A stretch of DNA of 62,781 bases, counting the filler, from Choristocarpus tenellus KU-1152 (taxonomy: Eukaryota > Protista > Phaeophyceae), in assembly GCA_964200185.2 (NCBI GenBank). It is 10 parts of 10 records of this genome, joined end to end, with 100 filler letters (N's around TTAATTAATTAA, not from the genome) between each part and the next. Parts side by side here need not be neighbours in the genome. Positions count along the whole stretch, not along the records: positions 34,139 to 39,176 come from CAXNAD020012088.1; positions 39,277 to 49,968 come from CAXNAD020002780.1; positions 50,069 to 53,258 come from CAXNAD020021666.1; 7 more parts are not named here. One strand, written 5' to 3'. This document shows positions 36,838-50,487 of this stretch, in pieces (positions within the stretch are counted from its first letter, which is position 1; each line of letters begins with the position of its first letter). A program made the position numbers and the translations under genes. The notes under the pieces were generated by a model, which had not been told where the DNA came from, did no database searches, and was given only the letters and a program-made list of their open reading frames with translations.

Positions 36838-38397
36838 TACGATACATTGCCTCCCAGCCAATATGTCATAAGCTTTAACAGTGGTTAAGTCTACTTTGGG
36901 ACGGTATCATTCTCTTGAACGAGATATACCAAAGAAAAATCAGACTATATGGTGTGGTACTTCCACTATGATCAACTTCAAAAGGATCTACTAGAACTTG
37001 AACAGAGACGTTCAGAAAAAATCTGGAGGCAACTGCTTCCAAAAGATACTTGAAATATTCTATGCAATACCAAACCTTCATACACAACCTGGCCTAAATT
37101 GTAGGGTGTTTCACCTACAAATGAAAAAAGAAGAGTTGATAAAATTCGTCCCAGTCTCTGAAGACAATTGCTCCAGGGGAACATTTGATGCATTCAATGT
37201 GATGCAAACCTCTTCCCGCACAAAGAGGAGTAGAGGATTGAGGAAATTCTGAAAACTTTCCTGTACCCACCTGCATTACCGCCAAGAATCGCCTTTTTGC
37301 TTCGGCCTTCTTCTGCAATCTCCTTAACCTCCTCTGATCCTCCTTCCTCGGATTTTGTCCCGCCCCCACCCCCACGTTCATGCAACTCGATCCCGTGCTC
37401 AAATAGCTAGATACTGAATAAAGTGAGAGTGCAGGCAAATCCTCTTTACCAAAACTCTTCTCATCCAACTGCCCAGCGGTAGATATAAGAAGACATGTGA
37501 ACGGGTTTTGTAAGGAAAGCAGTCCAAATTGCAGCAGCAGGGCGGAGGAGAGATTAAGGCAGGGGTTGCTAGCTTACAAGTGGGGATGGTCAATATCGCT
37601 TTGTGTATGGTGCACAGATAACAGGTAACTTGCTTTACCCAGAATGGGGGTAGCAGAGGACAGGGACAACCCTTTCCGACCTGCACCGCAGATCTTCGGT
37701 CTGTAAGTGTACTAGCTTGAGCAGCATCATGAGGGTGTAGGGATTATATGTCCTCTCGATTACAGAGATAGGTCAATCAGTGCACGACGTGTCCCTTAAA
37801 GTGACTCTCCAACTGGGTCCTGTTCTGTTTACTTGCAGAGCACGTGTTGTCTATCTTGACAGGTTCAAATTCGAATGCTTTGCTCCACGTGTATTACCAG
37901 GCACTCTCAACTTTGGCGACCTGTTGGGTGACCCACTCCCACCCGCATGCCATATTATACCTCCTCAATGACCACAATGTTCTATCTTTAACGGTGGCAC
38001 AATTCGTGCATGCCTGAGACTTCGTAGGCGTTGCACGCAATCAGACTTGAGACTCAACGCCCTGCCCGTCCTGATTACACACCTGTACATCGAAGAAGCT
38101 AAGGTGGCCATATCTCTCCGAGTTTGACCCAGATCTCCTCAGGATAAGTGACTTTGGTCGTGAGGCAGCCTTTTGGCCGCTCATTACCGGAAGCGAATTT
38201 GATCGAGGAGGGGGCCGCCGGCGGTTAGACCTATCTCCATCAGCTCTTGGGGCCCCGTTCAAACCAGGGTCTACAGGGGAACCGTGCACAACGAAACTTT
38301 GGCCATGGTGTTCCTTCTTTATAGAACAGGACACCGGCCTCTCCAGCTTGCTCCGCTTTGCAGGTTGAGGAACTCGGGATTCCGTCTGGGTCTGCAT
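34611..38397 (-). CDS. Hypothetical protein with a PH-like domain, partial. Exons ~38397-38083, ~37400-37271, 34742-34611
   Basis: Phase-0 join ...KKAEAKRRFLAVMQ/ENGLRVRKYHRHGRGSAQRVVKYDSALPGLVWN fits the start of a PLC/Mcp5-type PH domain (G..V.K..R.G...R.....L.W). Upstream exon boundaries are uncertain. Confidence 0.55.
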
Positions 38398-39176
38398 CTC
38401 TCTGTTGGATGGTTGAGTATGATGAGAAAAATTATTGAGGCATCGAAACGATCCTCACGCATGAAGAGGTAGCGAAGCGGGTTGACTGGGGGGGGGTCAA
38501 ACGTTTCCGAATTGCCTGTCTCCCTACACACTATCCACAAAAGAGAAGATGGAAGAGATAACGAGGGTCTATCACCTGGGTCCCACGGACCGCGTGCCAG
38601 CAAGAGTACCCTTGTTCGCTATAAGTGACCAAGGGTGGAACTTAGGTCTCTGTGTTGATGCCCCAGGTTTGCAAGAAAGGTTCATCGATTGTAACTCTAT
38701 TTTACGTGAACGTTGAACACAAGGAAGGGTGAAAAACCCGCGAAACTTGGGAGGAGAAACTTTCCAGTTTACATCATTGAAAAATGATGAAGTTGAGTCC
38801 CTTCAGAACTCGATTATTGTTTTCTATATATTGGTAGAATAGAAGATCTCGGGACGTTTTCAATCAATATTTAAAAAAATTGGGATGTAGGTAATGGACT
38901 CGTTTCTTGTTACTGGATTGCCGATGATATTTTTATGACATAACTCAATGTCTTCTAACAATTAATTGCGCATAGTTATATTAGTATTGTATTTTTTATT
39001 ATACCTTTCTCAAAGTATTTTTCACATTTAAGATAGATATATTATTTCCTTAAGGCTTATACTGACATGTATATTTATATTATTATCTGTATAGTTTTCA
39101 TTTGTTTCCCCCCTCACATATCAGGAAAAGGTCAGAGTGCATAATAATAAAAATACTTCCTGACATTTTACAAAAA

Positions 39177-39276
39177 NNNNNNNNNNNNNNNNNNNNNNNN
39201 NNNNNNNNNNNNNNNNNNNNTTAATTAATTAANNNNNNNNNNNNNNNNNNNNNNNNNNNNNNNNNNNNNNNNNNNN
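39177..39276. other. Artificial contig linker
   Basis: N44-TTAATTAATTAA-N44. Confidence 0.98.
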
Positions 39277-39299
39277 CCAGATACTTTGACCCAGGAGTC

Positions 39300-39480
39300 G
39301 ATACTTGCTCGGCTAAGTTTGGACCAAACCCTATTCTCGCAGAGTAAAGTGCAAATTCGTGGGGATCTACCTCGGATACGCACCATCTTATCACCTCTCC
39401 CAATTCTTCTGTTGCTCCCTTCCTATCCACCACCTCAGGGTTCTTGTTCTCCCCCTTCAACACCATCAACGAATATATTT
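39300..39480 (-). mobile_element. Tyrosine recombinase fragment (DIRS/Ngaro-type retroelement relic)
   Basis: VDPHEFALYSARIGFGPNLA resembles the YR box-II motif DPxxYALHSxRIGGATxLA. Confidence 0.6.
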
Positions 39481-40092
39481 GAGATGAACCAACCTGACAT
39501 TCCAGTACCTCTCCCTTCATGATCTTCATACCCCCCTACCCTTTGGTGGTGCATTTCGGTCTGGTCGCAACCATTCCTTGCTCCTCAGCATCCTACCCTA
39601 CTATGAAAATAACCGAGTGGTAACCCCAACCTCAAACGATTCTACATGCATATCTCCACTGGTGCTACCTCCCTCTATACTGCTATTTGTTCTCTCCCCC
39701 TCCCCATATTAAAATGCCACAAACTCTAACATCTCCCCAACCAACTTTTAACTGTACCCTTGTTCTTCCTCAGCCATGTGATAGTACTACTTCCTGCATC
39801 TTGTACACCCCTCTGCCATTACAAACACATGTAATGGGTAAGTGTTAATTTAGCAGCGTTTCTTGGGTGTGCTTGGTGTAGTATGATACTTTCGGCTTAT
39901 TTCGCCTGCTGATACGGTGTCAAAGAACATGGGGATTGTTTGATATGTGCAACTGATACGCCAATCCTGTTTCCAGTAGGGTGATACAGAAAACGAGATT
40001 GTTTCGAAGGAACGGCCACTGTGCCACTCATCTCCCAAGCTCAAATCAGTTCGTAATAACAGCAACTCCGTGATGTTGGAGTTCTCACCCAT

Positions 40093-40759
40093 TGATGTGC
40101 ACTGGGGAGCTAGGCCTTCTTCAGGAGCACCAGGCTTGGGAAACACCAAGTGAAATATTTCTCACCTCATTTTCGAACCTTTTTGCATCATTTTGACGCG
40201 TTTTTGGGGACCATTTAGAGATATTTTCACATATTTTCAGCAATATTTCTTGGACATTTAATATTTTCGGATATGATCAGACCACTCTGTATCATGTTTT
40301 TGGTAAGAACAGCAGATTTCAAAAATTGAGGATGAGCTTGACCCAAAATTGACTGGGATAAAGTGTCGATATATATATATTCTTAAATGACAATACAAAA
40401 AAAAACATATCGACACTTTATCCCAGTCAATTTTGGGTTAGCTCATCCTCAACGAAAAGCTCCATCCTCAATTTTTGAAATCTGCTGTTTAAGGGTTAGG
40501 TTTTCAAAAATGCGTACAAGAAGTGAAAAAATTATTGCAGTGGACTGTGGGGGGTCCCGAACACAGGGGATCTCCCGTGTGCACCGTAACATTCCCAAAA
40601 ACATGATGCCCAAGAAATATCGCTAAAAAGATGGGAAAGTGTCTTCAAAACATCGCCCAAAACTCTTCAAATAGTTCGAAAATGAGGTGAGAAATATTCC
40701 ACTTGGCGTTATTCAGACCTGGGGGTGTTCCTGAAGGGCTTACTCCCTTGTGCACATCA
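40093..40759. mobile_element. Long imperfect foldback element (outer MITE)
   Basis: Nested inverted pairs: TGATGTGCAC/GTGCACATCA, CTTCAGGA/TCCTGAAG, CCAAGTGAAATATTTCTCACCTCATTTTCGAAC/GTTCGAAAATGAGGTGAGAAATATTCCACTTGG, ATATTTCTTGG/CCAAGAAATAT. Confidence 0.8.
40308..40489. mobile_element. 182-bp palindromic MITE nested inside the foldback element
   Basis: TAAG|AACAGCAGATTTCAAAAATTGAGGATG...CATCCTCAATTTTTGAAATCTGCTGTT|TAAG (4-bp TSD). A related terminus lies at 6480-6528. Confidence 0.85.
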
Positions 40760-41849
40760 CCCCTAAAAAATCCATCGTGTACCAGGATGAAGTCAAGGAG
40801 ATAGGTGTGTGATGAGGGCACAAAGAAACTCAAGGTCGGTTACATTGAACTGAAAAAAAGAAGTTATAACATGCTTGTTTTCATTGTTACATGCTATAAT
40901 ATATACAAATAATTAAACATTGAAACGATTCAGTTAAAATGATCAGAGTCGAACAGACGGTGCAGGAAGCGCTGCGAGGTGGCGGTGAGGAGGTAATCAA
41001 ATCAAAACGCACAAGCAGAGAGCTTTCTATCCACAACAGAAAATCAACTACGTACTGAAATATAAATAATAAAATGGTTTCACCTATGATCTCGGTTGTT
41101 ATTAGAGGACTAAATGAACCAGCACGATTCAAAGCACCAATAATATAATTAATAACATCGTTCCTGTTGGTCAGGTACAGCTACAATTCCACAAGAAAAA
41201 GTCAAAATAGAGTAATGTGTTCAACACAGGAGCAGCAAGGGATAAAATCCAGTTGTTTTTTTCCCCCTCAAAAAAGCGCGTTAACACCTCCAGCAGCAGG
41301 CAACCTCCACGACAGAGAGCATAAGCATCGATCAAACATCCTTAGATAGCAAAGAGGGATAGCATAAGCAAACAAGGGGCAGGCAACCACCTCTCCAACA
41401 AATCTCTTCCTTGCGTCATCTCCTTTCAATAATCCTTGATGAACATTGTGTCACCTTCCCCTTATTCCTCACGAGAACCCTTATCAAAAACTGTCAATCC
41501 ACTGCAAAAGAGTTGCCAACTTGCTCATCCCCCTGACCTCACTCGCATGTATGCACAGGGCCAAACGAGACACCCACCAATCACTATCCCCCCATGGGGA
41601 AATGTCCACCCTCTAGTGACACAGCAACTGCCCCATCGTGCACCCAACTTGTCCCTTCAGTGTCCTTCTCAACCCTCAGCCGTAAACATCAGAGCATTGT
41701 CCCAACAAGTTTTTCTACATACGGCAAGTATATGCCGGTGATGTACAAACTGCAGGCACCACCCCCTTTTGCCTCCATGAGCTCATTGAGCACATCATGT
41801 CACCTCTTTCTTCAAGGACGCAAACAAACACCAATCACAAAGTATCAAA

Positions 41850-44800
41850 TCACATTCCCGGCATGCCACCCATGCCACCCCCACGCCGGCGAGGGTCCTC
41901 TTGCTCCTGTCGTTCAATCTTGATCATATCATCTGTTCACCAAAGGCCATGGAGCATGAGATGTAAGGATACCATTCAGGTGCCATGTCAAGATTGTTTC
42001 CAAGGGGAAAAGTATCACACGCATGAGAGTAACATCTACATGTACTCGGTTGGTGGAGATACAAAACACTTTACCCTTCACCTCACACATTCACAAAAAC
42101 ATGTGATGACAAACTTCCTTCGTGTGGAAGTGACTGCGAGCATCAAAACTCACTCTGAAACATTTGACAACCTTTTCCCACTTCCTACCAATTGAAAAAA
42201 ACCCCAACGACGATGGAGTGTTCCTGCTGGTTGAAAAGGGTTTCTGGTTGCCCACCAAAACACTGTGCAGAAAGGTGCGGAAGAACATTCCAACGAAACA
42301 AACATTAAAATAATCATTTCTTCCTACTGAGTTGCTATTTTAAAAAAATGAGACTAAAAACTTTGCCCAAACCCCAAACTGTCCATATACAGACCAGTCT
42401 TTGCATTACGTTGGTCTGGTGGAATATTTGAATAATATTTTTCAACTCAAAAAGAAGCATCACAATTACTGTGAACCCCCCCAACTCCTTATCTACCTTG
42501 CCAGCACAACACATTTCTGTTCTCATTAGCATCACATCTGTCCTCCTGTACCCTCCCAGCTTGCCCCTCAATAACAATTGCATTCTACTTGTCAACCTTC
42601 CCATTGACATAAATAGGCCAGCTGAGAGCATTGACCTTCTGAACCACTACAGCCTAAAATAGTACTATAACCTAACCCTAACCCCAAGATAGAAATACAA
42701 AAAACGCTTTACAAATCCTCATATCTGTCTTTTTCTTGACAAATCAACACACCTACCTGACTGCTGGGGCACCACCAACTCTTGTATATATATCATTCAA
42801 AAACCAAAAAAAGGTACTTCTCTTCCAGCAGACTGATTCTTTATCCTTCCCATGATTTCAAAATATGAACATCAATTCAGAAATAATTCACTTCCCTCTC
42901 AGCACTACAAACTTATCCAGCACCACAAGGCAACCAGGCTACTTTCATAGATCAAAATCAACATTCAATAACATCAACTCCTTCCTTTGACTCCTAACCT
43001 CCCCCCCCTGGAGCATTTGGCTCATCACCAAAAGTGTATTCATACTTCCCAAACTTGGGTAGCCAATCGCCATCCAAGCAATACAACACAAAACTGCTCT
43101 TCACAACCCCTCCAAGTCCAATCCCCTCTCACCAATGCGCAGAATGGTTATCGCAGCCTCAGTGGCAAAGCGAAGGGATTTGATCTTGCTGATGGCCGGC
43201 TCCACCACACCACAGTCCAAATTATTACGAACTCTACCACCTACAAGGTCCAAGCCCCAGTACTTGTAGTGCGTCTAATCAGCACAAGGACAAGGAGAAC
43301 GGGGGGGGGGAGGGCAAGAGGCAAACAAGGAGAGAGATCCAGGCAGGTAGGTTTGAAAAAAAACATACACCAGAAAGACAGCAACTGGATTGGCACAATC
43401 AAATAGAATCACAATCTATTAAAAAATATATATATGTATCAAGGGAGAAGATTTTGATCATTTTACTTCCTCATTGTGATACGTGCTCTGTGTGGGGAGC
43501 TCCACCTCGTGCACACACCAGATTCGCTCCAAAATAGAGCACACAGAGTACAATCAAATTGCTTCATCCGTTATAAACCTTAAGCCCATAGATGTTGTCA
43601 ATTCAACACCCTAGATCCATCTTGCCAAACGCTGTAATGTGTTTCAAACCCAGGGTGACACCAAGGTTTACCCATACAAGGATTTTCATACCCTTCACCA
43701 GGCGTTATTATGACATAGAGCTGGAATAACCTAGTTCTCAGGTAAGGCACGTGCTTTGAAGTATCCTCCTTGTTCTCCTCAAATATCCAAGCACTCAAGA
43801 GTGAGCCTAGTGGGATACTTGTATCTCCATTGATGAGCTTCACCGCCAGGGCGGTCAAAACCTTTACATTTTTGTATGCCTAAGTGCACTAGGCTTTTGA
43901 CCTCCGAACTTCGAGGTGACACGAATGCAGGTGATACAAGAAACGCCTCAAGGTGAGCATAAAAATATAAAAGCATTCTTACACACGACACGGCTACACA
44001 ACATTGCTCGATTGATTAACATAGCATGCACCTATATGTGCTGCACAACTCACTCTAACTAAAAGACATCACCTGACGGCTAACTCACCCTTGATCACCC
44101 TCTAGAGATATTTTGCTTTGTCTTACAACTATTGATATCAGAACGTTCAATGCCTATACACCCTCAAACGCCATGATATTGGACATGACCTACCCCTGTG
44201 ATTATTTGCTCAATCTTAGACTGCACTCAAGTTGCTATCATGTTACTGCGATATTTAGATCCACTTGAGAGGTACTTGCCTCCTGAGACATCCCCAAAAC
44301 ACACACTCCAGTTATGCTCAAAGGTCCAAAGTATCTGGGGGAGGGGGGTCTACACCAGGGCATCCATTTGGGCCCTGACCAGGAGAAGTGTACCTACGTT
44401 ATCCATCCCATGCATGCAACCACATCACACAAAAATCATGATATGGAAAAGTGGGCCCCAAATGAACAGCCGCCAACCCCCCCCAGATACTTTGAGCCAT
44501 AGTCAGCAGCAGGTAGCAGCATGGAGAGTACATGTATGACCACGCTTGCAGCATTTGTATAGGGGTTCCAGGCATATAGGAAGGTGTTCCTAGCAGTCAA
44601 GGTCCTCTACAATGTCCTTGTCTGCCTGCCAAGCTGTTGAGAATCTCACCTGCTGCTGACCTATCACTTGACGCCTTTGCTCCAATTAAACTCCCTCACA
44701 GGGCTGGGCATTTCCTAACATCCCACTTTGTGAACACTTAGGAGTGCACAAATACATTGAATCAAAAGACATCAAGTCACACTCACCTGACAACTCAAGC

Positions 44801-47800
44801 ACAAACAAAAATACTTCAACTCACAACAATAAAAATATAAGTAAAGCTATACTTTTTGTTGATGCAGTATTCAGTACCATTAATGGTACTGCCTACAAAA
44901 TGTAGAGCGCATTACTCAACCTTCAAATCAATACAGGACAAACATCCCAGAATGGGAAAAGGGCCAAGATATATGCAGCCCTGAGTCCACACTACTCCCT
45001 CCTTCATGCTGCCAACATCAGAACACATACTGACAAAAAAAATACCATTAATATAGCAACATGCTTGCCTGATGACAAAATTTGGTAGTCCCTACTTCAC
45101 TCTAGTGCGTACACCCCCCTATTGGATTGAAGTGAAGTCTAGGCTATTCTCTATCCTTTGCAAAAGCAAATTCTTTGTTAGCACCGTGCTGCATGACCTT
45201 CCGAAACCCTAAAAAAAACTGTACAGAAAACGCCTCTTGCCTTTACAATGAAAAAAATGGGAAAAAAAAAGAGTGCCTGCGCACAACAGTACAAAATACA
45301 AGGAAACCCATTCAGAATACGTAAAAAAAAAGGACCAAAAAGGTAAATATTTCAAATATCAGGAACAGATTCCATTGATGGATCTCCTGGACACTGACAC
45401 GATGAACCGATCACACAAACATCTATCTACACCACGTATGACATCTTTCATCATTGTGGTCATTCAAGCACACAGTCAATCTCCCAGACGTATAAGATCT
45501 GGATCTGGATGGCACAGCAAGGAAGAGATCCAGGTCAGACCGAGAATTCGTTCTGTTTCGAAAAAGGAAGAGATCCTCTTAGCAGCCGCCGCTGTCATCA
45601 CCCAGACATCCTTAGCATCTACTTTGCTCTTCACCTTTTCTAATCTGTTTCACTCCACCCCCATTTGAGAGGTGCACTCCTCCCTCGAGTCCCCCTTCCC
45701 TCAAACGGTTAGGGAGATGCAGATTACCTCGTTTCAAAACCAGTTACCCAGGAGCAACACCGTGGCACAAGCCAGCATACACTCATTTCATGAAACCCAA
45801 AGTGTATCTTCATGGGATGACTTGATATCAGCTAGCCTCCATGAATTTTCTGGTCAAATCCACTGGATAGACCTTTCTGCAATGCTCCTGAGCTTTAATA
45901 CAGAGCTGCTGAACGTGTTTAGGAATCTGCGAGGGCAGCAATAGAACCCACTGACATGCAAATAATAGAAAAAAAATCCAAAGTTATGACCCGACAGGCT
46001 TGGGACTCAACAGAGTTGTCACCAAAAAAGATAGTATCTAGGCCACAATCACTGAGGGCCGTGCGTTGCATGCATCACCTCAAAAGTATGACCCATTACC
46101 TCCATCAATAGACACTGCAGCAACACAGTTACCACCCACATGTCCAGTCTCAACTGTGGGTTCAATGGACAGGTTGTTAACAACCACGGGAAGAGTACCT
46201 CAAGGACCCCAGCATTGATCACTCAAATCTCAAGTGATACGCTCAAGGCCTTCACACAAAGTACTTGGCTGGCTGCATATGCAGAAACAACTCCAAGCCT
46301 CATGAACCCTCTGGATGAACCTCGGCAGTGACGGTGGCATAGTCACTAATAATGCACACTGGAGGTATCCCCAAGCAAAACAAGCCCATCAGTCTGCTTG
46401 TAGTTCTGGTCCAGTGACTGGATCTGCGTGATGTCTGCAGCAATATCAGGAGGTCAAGGACATAATGCTCTCCATCTTAAGCCCCGAGATTGATCAGGCT
46501 GAATGATCCATTCACCTTCACCTTCACAATCACTGTCATTAACCTGCCCAAGCCTCCTTGGGTCCTTGAGGCAATACCTGCATCATTAGCATAACACATA
46601 CCCCACAAAATCCATTCAAGTGCTCTATCACTCCCTATTGCTCCTCCTCTGATCTGAAGGTTTATGGTTGCCCCCTTAATGACAACATGATCCTTGGAGG
46701 TAGTTGGGTCAGAGGTGAACTCCTAAACTGCCACACTTAGCATTGCAGTGAAGAAGAGTTTGAAGAGGATCACCCAGAAAAAGACCCTGTACAACCTCAA
46801 ACGAGCCTAAGCTAGTCATCCACACAAACAAATGACCATGGAAATAGCGGATGACTAAAAATCATGCCATCGGGCACTTCAAACCTGGCAAACACAGCTC
46901 ACAGGAGATATCGATCAACAATCATCCATGCTTGCTCTAGATCAATAAACACATGATCAGAGGTACATGCATTTCCTAACCGACCTCTTGGACGGCATAT
47001 GCATTGCATATAGTGCCCAATTTTCAGTGTCAGGACCGGAATCCACACTGTTCCTCCTGAACGATGCCCTTCCATTCCAGACAACCTCCCAGACGCCATG
47101 CAACAACTTGAAGTACTTTATAACCATGTGTCGCCAGTGATATGTTCCTGCAGTTGCCACAATCTGTCCAATTATAACCTTGTGGACCACTGCAGTGACC
47201 TTGTCCTTCTAAGCCTATCGCACTACTTCATTGAACTGTGTGGAGCCGGGATGTTGCGCTCTAGGTTTGGAAGGACAAGGTCACTGCAGTGCCCAACAAG
47301 ATAAGAATCAGACAGATAGTCCCAACTACTGGGACATCTCATTGGTGGCACATGCTGGCAAAGTACTCCTCAAGGTTGTTGCAAAGTGCAATACTCGAGA
47401 AAAAAATACATAAATATATATATATATTCTTGGAATTTTAGGAGTTGCATAGTATTTTGCGTTGTTACTGCACTCGTACTGCAGTACTTCACACATTATC
47501 CAACAAAAAAAACACATTTATTGATGCTAAGGATCCAGAATATCACTGTCTAGATGATAAAAATGAATCTGAGCTCAACACTTGCCGTCAAGGAGATCTT
47601 AAGTGGGGAATGCATACTACAACAGATGAGAAAAAACAACATACCAATTTTCAAAAACAAAAAAGAAATTTGTTTTTGGAACGAGTTGATACACCATTCC
47701 CCCCCCCCCAAAAAAAAAAAACACACACACACACAAACAACACCAAATAAAATAATCGGAAACCACCTTGTCCTCCTGAAGTTGTGAGGTGTTGTGGTAC

Positions 47801-48239
47801 GCTCTCAGTTTCGCGACTAGCTCTGTAGCATCCTGTTCCAGCCCAGACAAACAAACATCAAACAGTGTCAAACAATGTCAATACACGAGAAAATTCTCAG
47901 CATGCAAAAAAAATCAAATCTTGGAAAAGGATCATCCCCCACGGAGGCAACCCAATCCTTGCAAAAGAGCGAGCACTACTACAGGGGGTTAGTATTAACG
48001 ATCACTCTCCCCCCTAGCCCCTTTCCTCTCTTACCTGTGCAGCGTTAACAGAGAGTGTCTTAGGTATTACAAGCAACGCTTCTGCAAACTCAGCAATAGC
48101 CAGCTGTTCCCGGGAGCCCAGCGTGGTTGCAAAACTCTCCAGGAATATGGACAGTGCAGTTTCCACTGCCCCTCCCCCCGGTACCAACACATTGCTCTCC
48201 AGCATTCGTTTCACCACCATGAGGGCGTCATGCAGGGCT
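41850..48239 (-). CDS. TCP1: T-complex protein 1 subunit alpha (CCT1), 3' part. Exons 48239-48035, 47832-47767, 43274-43133, 41932-41850
   Basis: ALHDALMVVKRMLESNVLVPGGGAVETALSIFLESFATTLGSREQLAIAEFAEALLVIPKTLSVNAAQ/DATELVAKLRAYHNTSQLQEDK/THYKYWGLDLVGGRVRNNLDCGVVEPAISKIKSLRFATEAAITILRI/DDMIKIE...GGMPGM*. All junctions are in phase. Confidence 0.95.
44323..44498 (+). mobile_element. MITE family B, full length (176 bp)
   Basis: TIR GGTCCAAAGTATCTGGGGG / CCCCCAGATACTTTGAGCC. Further termini at 39277-39292, ~50160-50176 and ~58110-58133. Confidence 0.85.
47268..47383 (+). mobile_element. Non-LTR (LINE) reverse transcriptase fragment in a TCP1 intron
   Basis: WKD...DKNQTDSPNYWDISLVAHAGKVLLKVVA matches the LINE RT motif NYRGISLxxxxxKVLxKV. 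Confidence 0.75.
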
Positions 48240-49270
48240 CTGTAGCACAAAGGTTGCAACGTACATTGGAGGAAGGGAAATTGTATCAGTGGCGGAGACG
48301 GTCTGCATTGGCATGACAGTCAGCCCGAAAAATTTCTTAAGGTTGGATGATTCACACATAGCTACTATTGTTTATTCTATTAACATTCTCAACACATGGT
48401 GCGTTTGATGTGTTTTTAGTAGCAGTAATAATATATAATAATAAAGTTAGGGTTAGGGTTAGGAAAACAACAGAAGTAGTCGAGACCAAACAGGCATTCA
48501 TCATGAACATTCATCTGCATCAAAACAAGCTTGCACATTGCCCTACCATTTGAAGAGAAGCAGCAAGTCCACACCTGAAGTGACCCTACTGAAATACCTC
48601 CAAAGCAAATAGGTCCTTCATCTCATGCCCTCCAATAAACACACCCGTTACTTTCAGCACTGTCAGAGTTGGGGAACTCCCCACAACAAGTATCTTACAC
48701 ATCATCCAACCTGTAGCTTTCACTGACAAAGAGACCACATCAACCACAAACCTGCAGTCCCCCTTACCAAGACACCACCAGTCCATGCAACTTAGGGTTA
48801 GGGATGCGGCCATGAGAGTCCTCTTACAGCATTCACCAGGTTCAAACAAGAATTGCAACTACAAACACTACACCTGTATCGCCTTCCAATGAAAGGCGAA
48901 GGTACTGTTTCACCACCAACAAATAAGAATATTACCATTATTACTGTCTGACAACATAGCAATAACAAAAAAAATCAATGAAATGGTAAATATAAGGTCA
49001 AACCATTCCAAGGATTTTTTTTCCCCACCAAATTGAGAGGGGAGGGGGGGGAAGGAATATATCTCCACTGGAGCAAGCAGCTTTAATGCCAACTTCAATT
49101 GAGAAGACTAATTCAGACTTTACAATTGAAAGTACCCTCTCAATCATTACATGATCTGCCACTTCAAAACCATAACAATTACCACCACCACAGAAAAAAA
49201 GAAGAGGAACCCAGGAGAGGAGTAAGGATAAGATGTATCTTCAAGCTGTAGGAAGTATGAAGCTGAGCTT

Positions 49271-49324
49271 TGTATCAGAACATGGTATCATTCTTAAAAG
49301 TATCAGATTGTCGTCATCACTACA
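49271..49324 (-). ncRNA. Very short (54 nt) box C/D RNA candidate in a TCP1 intron
   Basis: TGTA-GTGATGA-cgacaat-CTGA-...-ATGATAC-catgtt-CTGA-TACA: perfect C and D boxes closed by a 4-bp stem. No target recognised. Confidence 0.42.
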
Positions 49325-49913
49325 GAAACAAGAGAAGAGAGTACTTGTCACCTGTCCATCTCATCCAGCATGAACTCGTTTGCTCCTCTCAATACAATGG
49401 TGCATGAGGAATGTGTCTTTGTGCCCTTGAAGAAAATCAATTCCCCATCTCCCACTCTCTGCTCGCTCACCTAAAGTCAACACACACACGCACACACGCA
49501 CGCACGCACACACACACGCACGCACGCACACACACACACACAGTCTCAATTACACACATCAAGCAACACTCATTGAGAAGACAGAAAGTTAACAGAAGAG
49601 AATATCCCCAACTACAACACAACAAAACTTGGGAGAGATTTAATAAAATCACTACCACTACACCAGTAAGTTAAAACTATCTTCCAGGTGCCCTACCCAT
49701 ACACAACTCAACCCACAACAATTTTAAACAGACCCCCAGAACAGCACACTCTTCACCAACAAAAATCAACACCAACCTGCTCCAATTTCTTCTCAAGTCT
49801 TTACAAACCCCCCTCTCATCCCCTTCGCCTTTCAAGTACTTCAATAAAAAAGAAATAATGGGCAGAAACACTCACGAGGGAAAAGGAGTGTCTCTTTCCC
49901 TCAATTCCTTTGA

Positions 49914-49950
<37 letters not shown>

Positions 49951-49968
49951 TTTTTCTTCCCCTTCCTC

Positions 49969-50068
49969 NNNNNNNNNNNNNNNNNNNNNNNNNNNNNNNN
50001 NNNNNNNNNNNNTTAATTAATTAANNNNNNNNNNNNNNNNNNNNNNNNNNNNNNNNNNNNNNNNNNNN
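49969..50068. other. Artificial contig linker
   Basis: N44-TTAATTAATTAA-N44. Confidence 0.98.
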
Positions 50069-50122
50069 TCTGTTGTGATTTGAAAGTTTTTCAAAAAAAA
50101 GAATTGTCGCACCCTCCCGCCG

Positions 50123-50162
<40 letters not shown>

Positions 50163-50487
50163 AGATACTTTGACCCTCAGAACATGCAGCAGTTCCACCA
50201 TGTAAATATCCTTCATTGTCACTGGTGCCATCATCGCTCTTCTCCTTCTCAGGGGTGTGGCAATTAAAGTATGGTCTCATCTTATCGTCCCCATCTGGAT
50301 TCACTGCACCGAAGATACCATAAGGAGGTAGTGTCCACACCATCATTTATTCCCAGTGAAGTGTGGCCGTCCTGACGTGATCGTAGGAATAAGACAGGAA
50401 CCTTCCCCTCCAGACAGGTTATATTGAGAAGGGTGTACGAGGGGAGGACACTGGTTGGACCTAGTAGGAGTTACGTATTTTTTTTCT

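Noticed and set aside
36940-37210. piggyBac-like fragment (RVDKIRP)
   Set aside because: A single short motif in decayed sequence is insufficient.
45700-46700. Possible DIRS-type RT relic in a TCP1 intron
   Set aside because: Too degenerate; no intact catalytic motif is readable.
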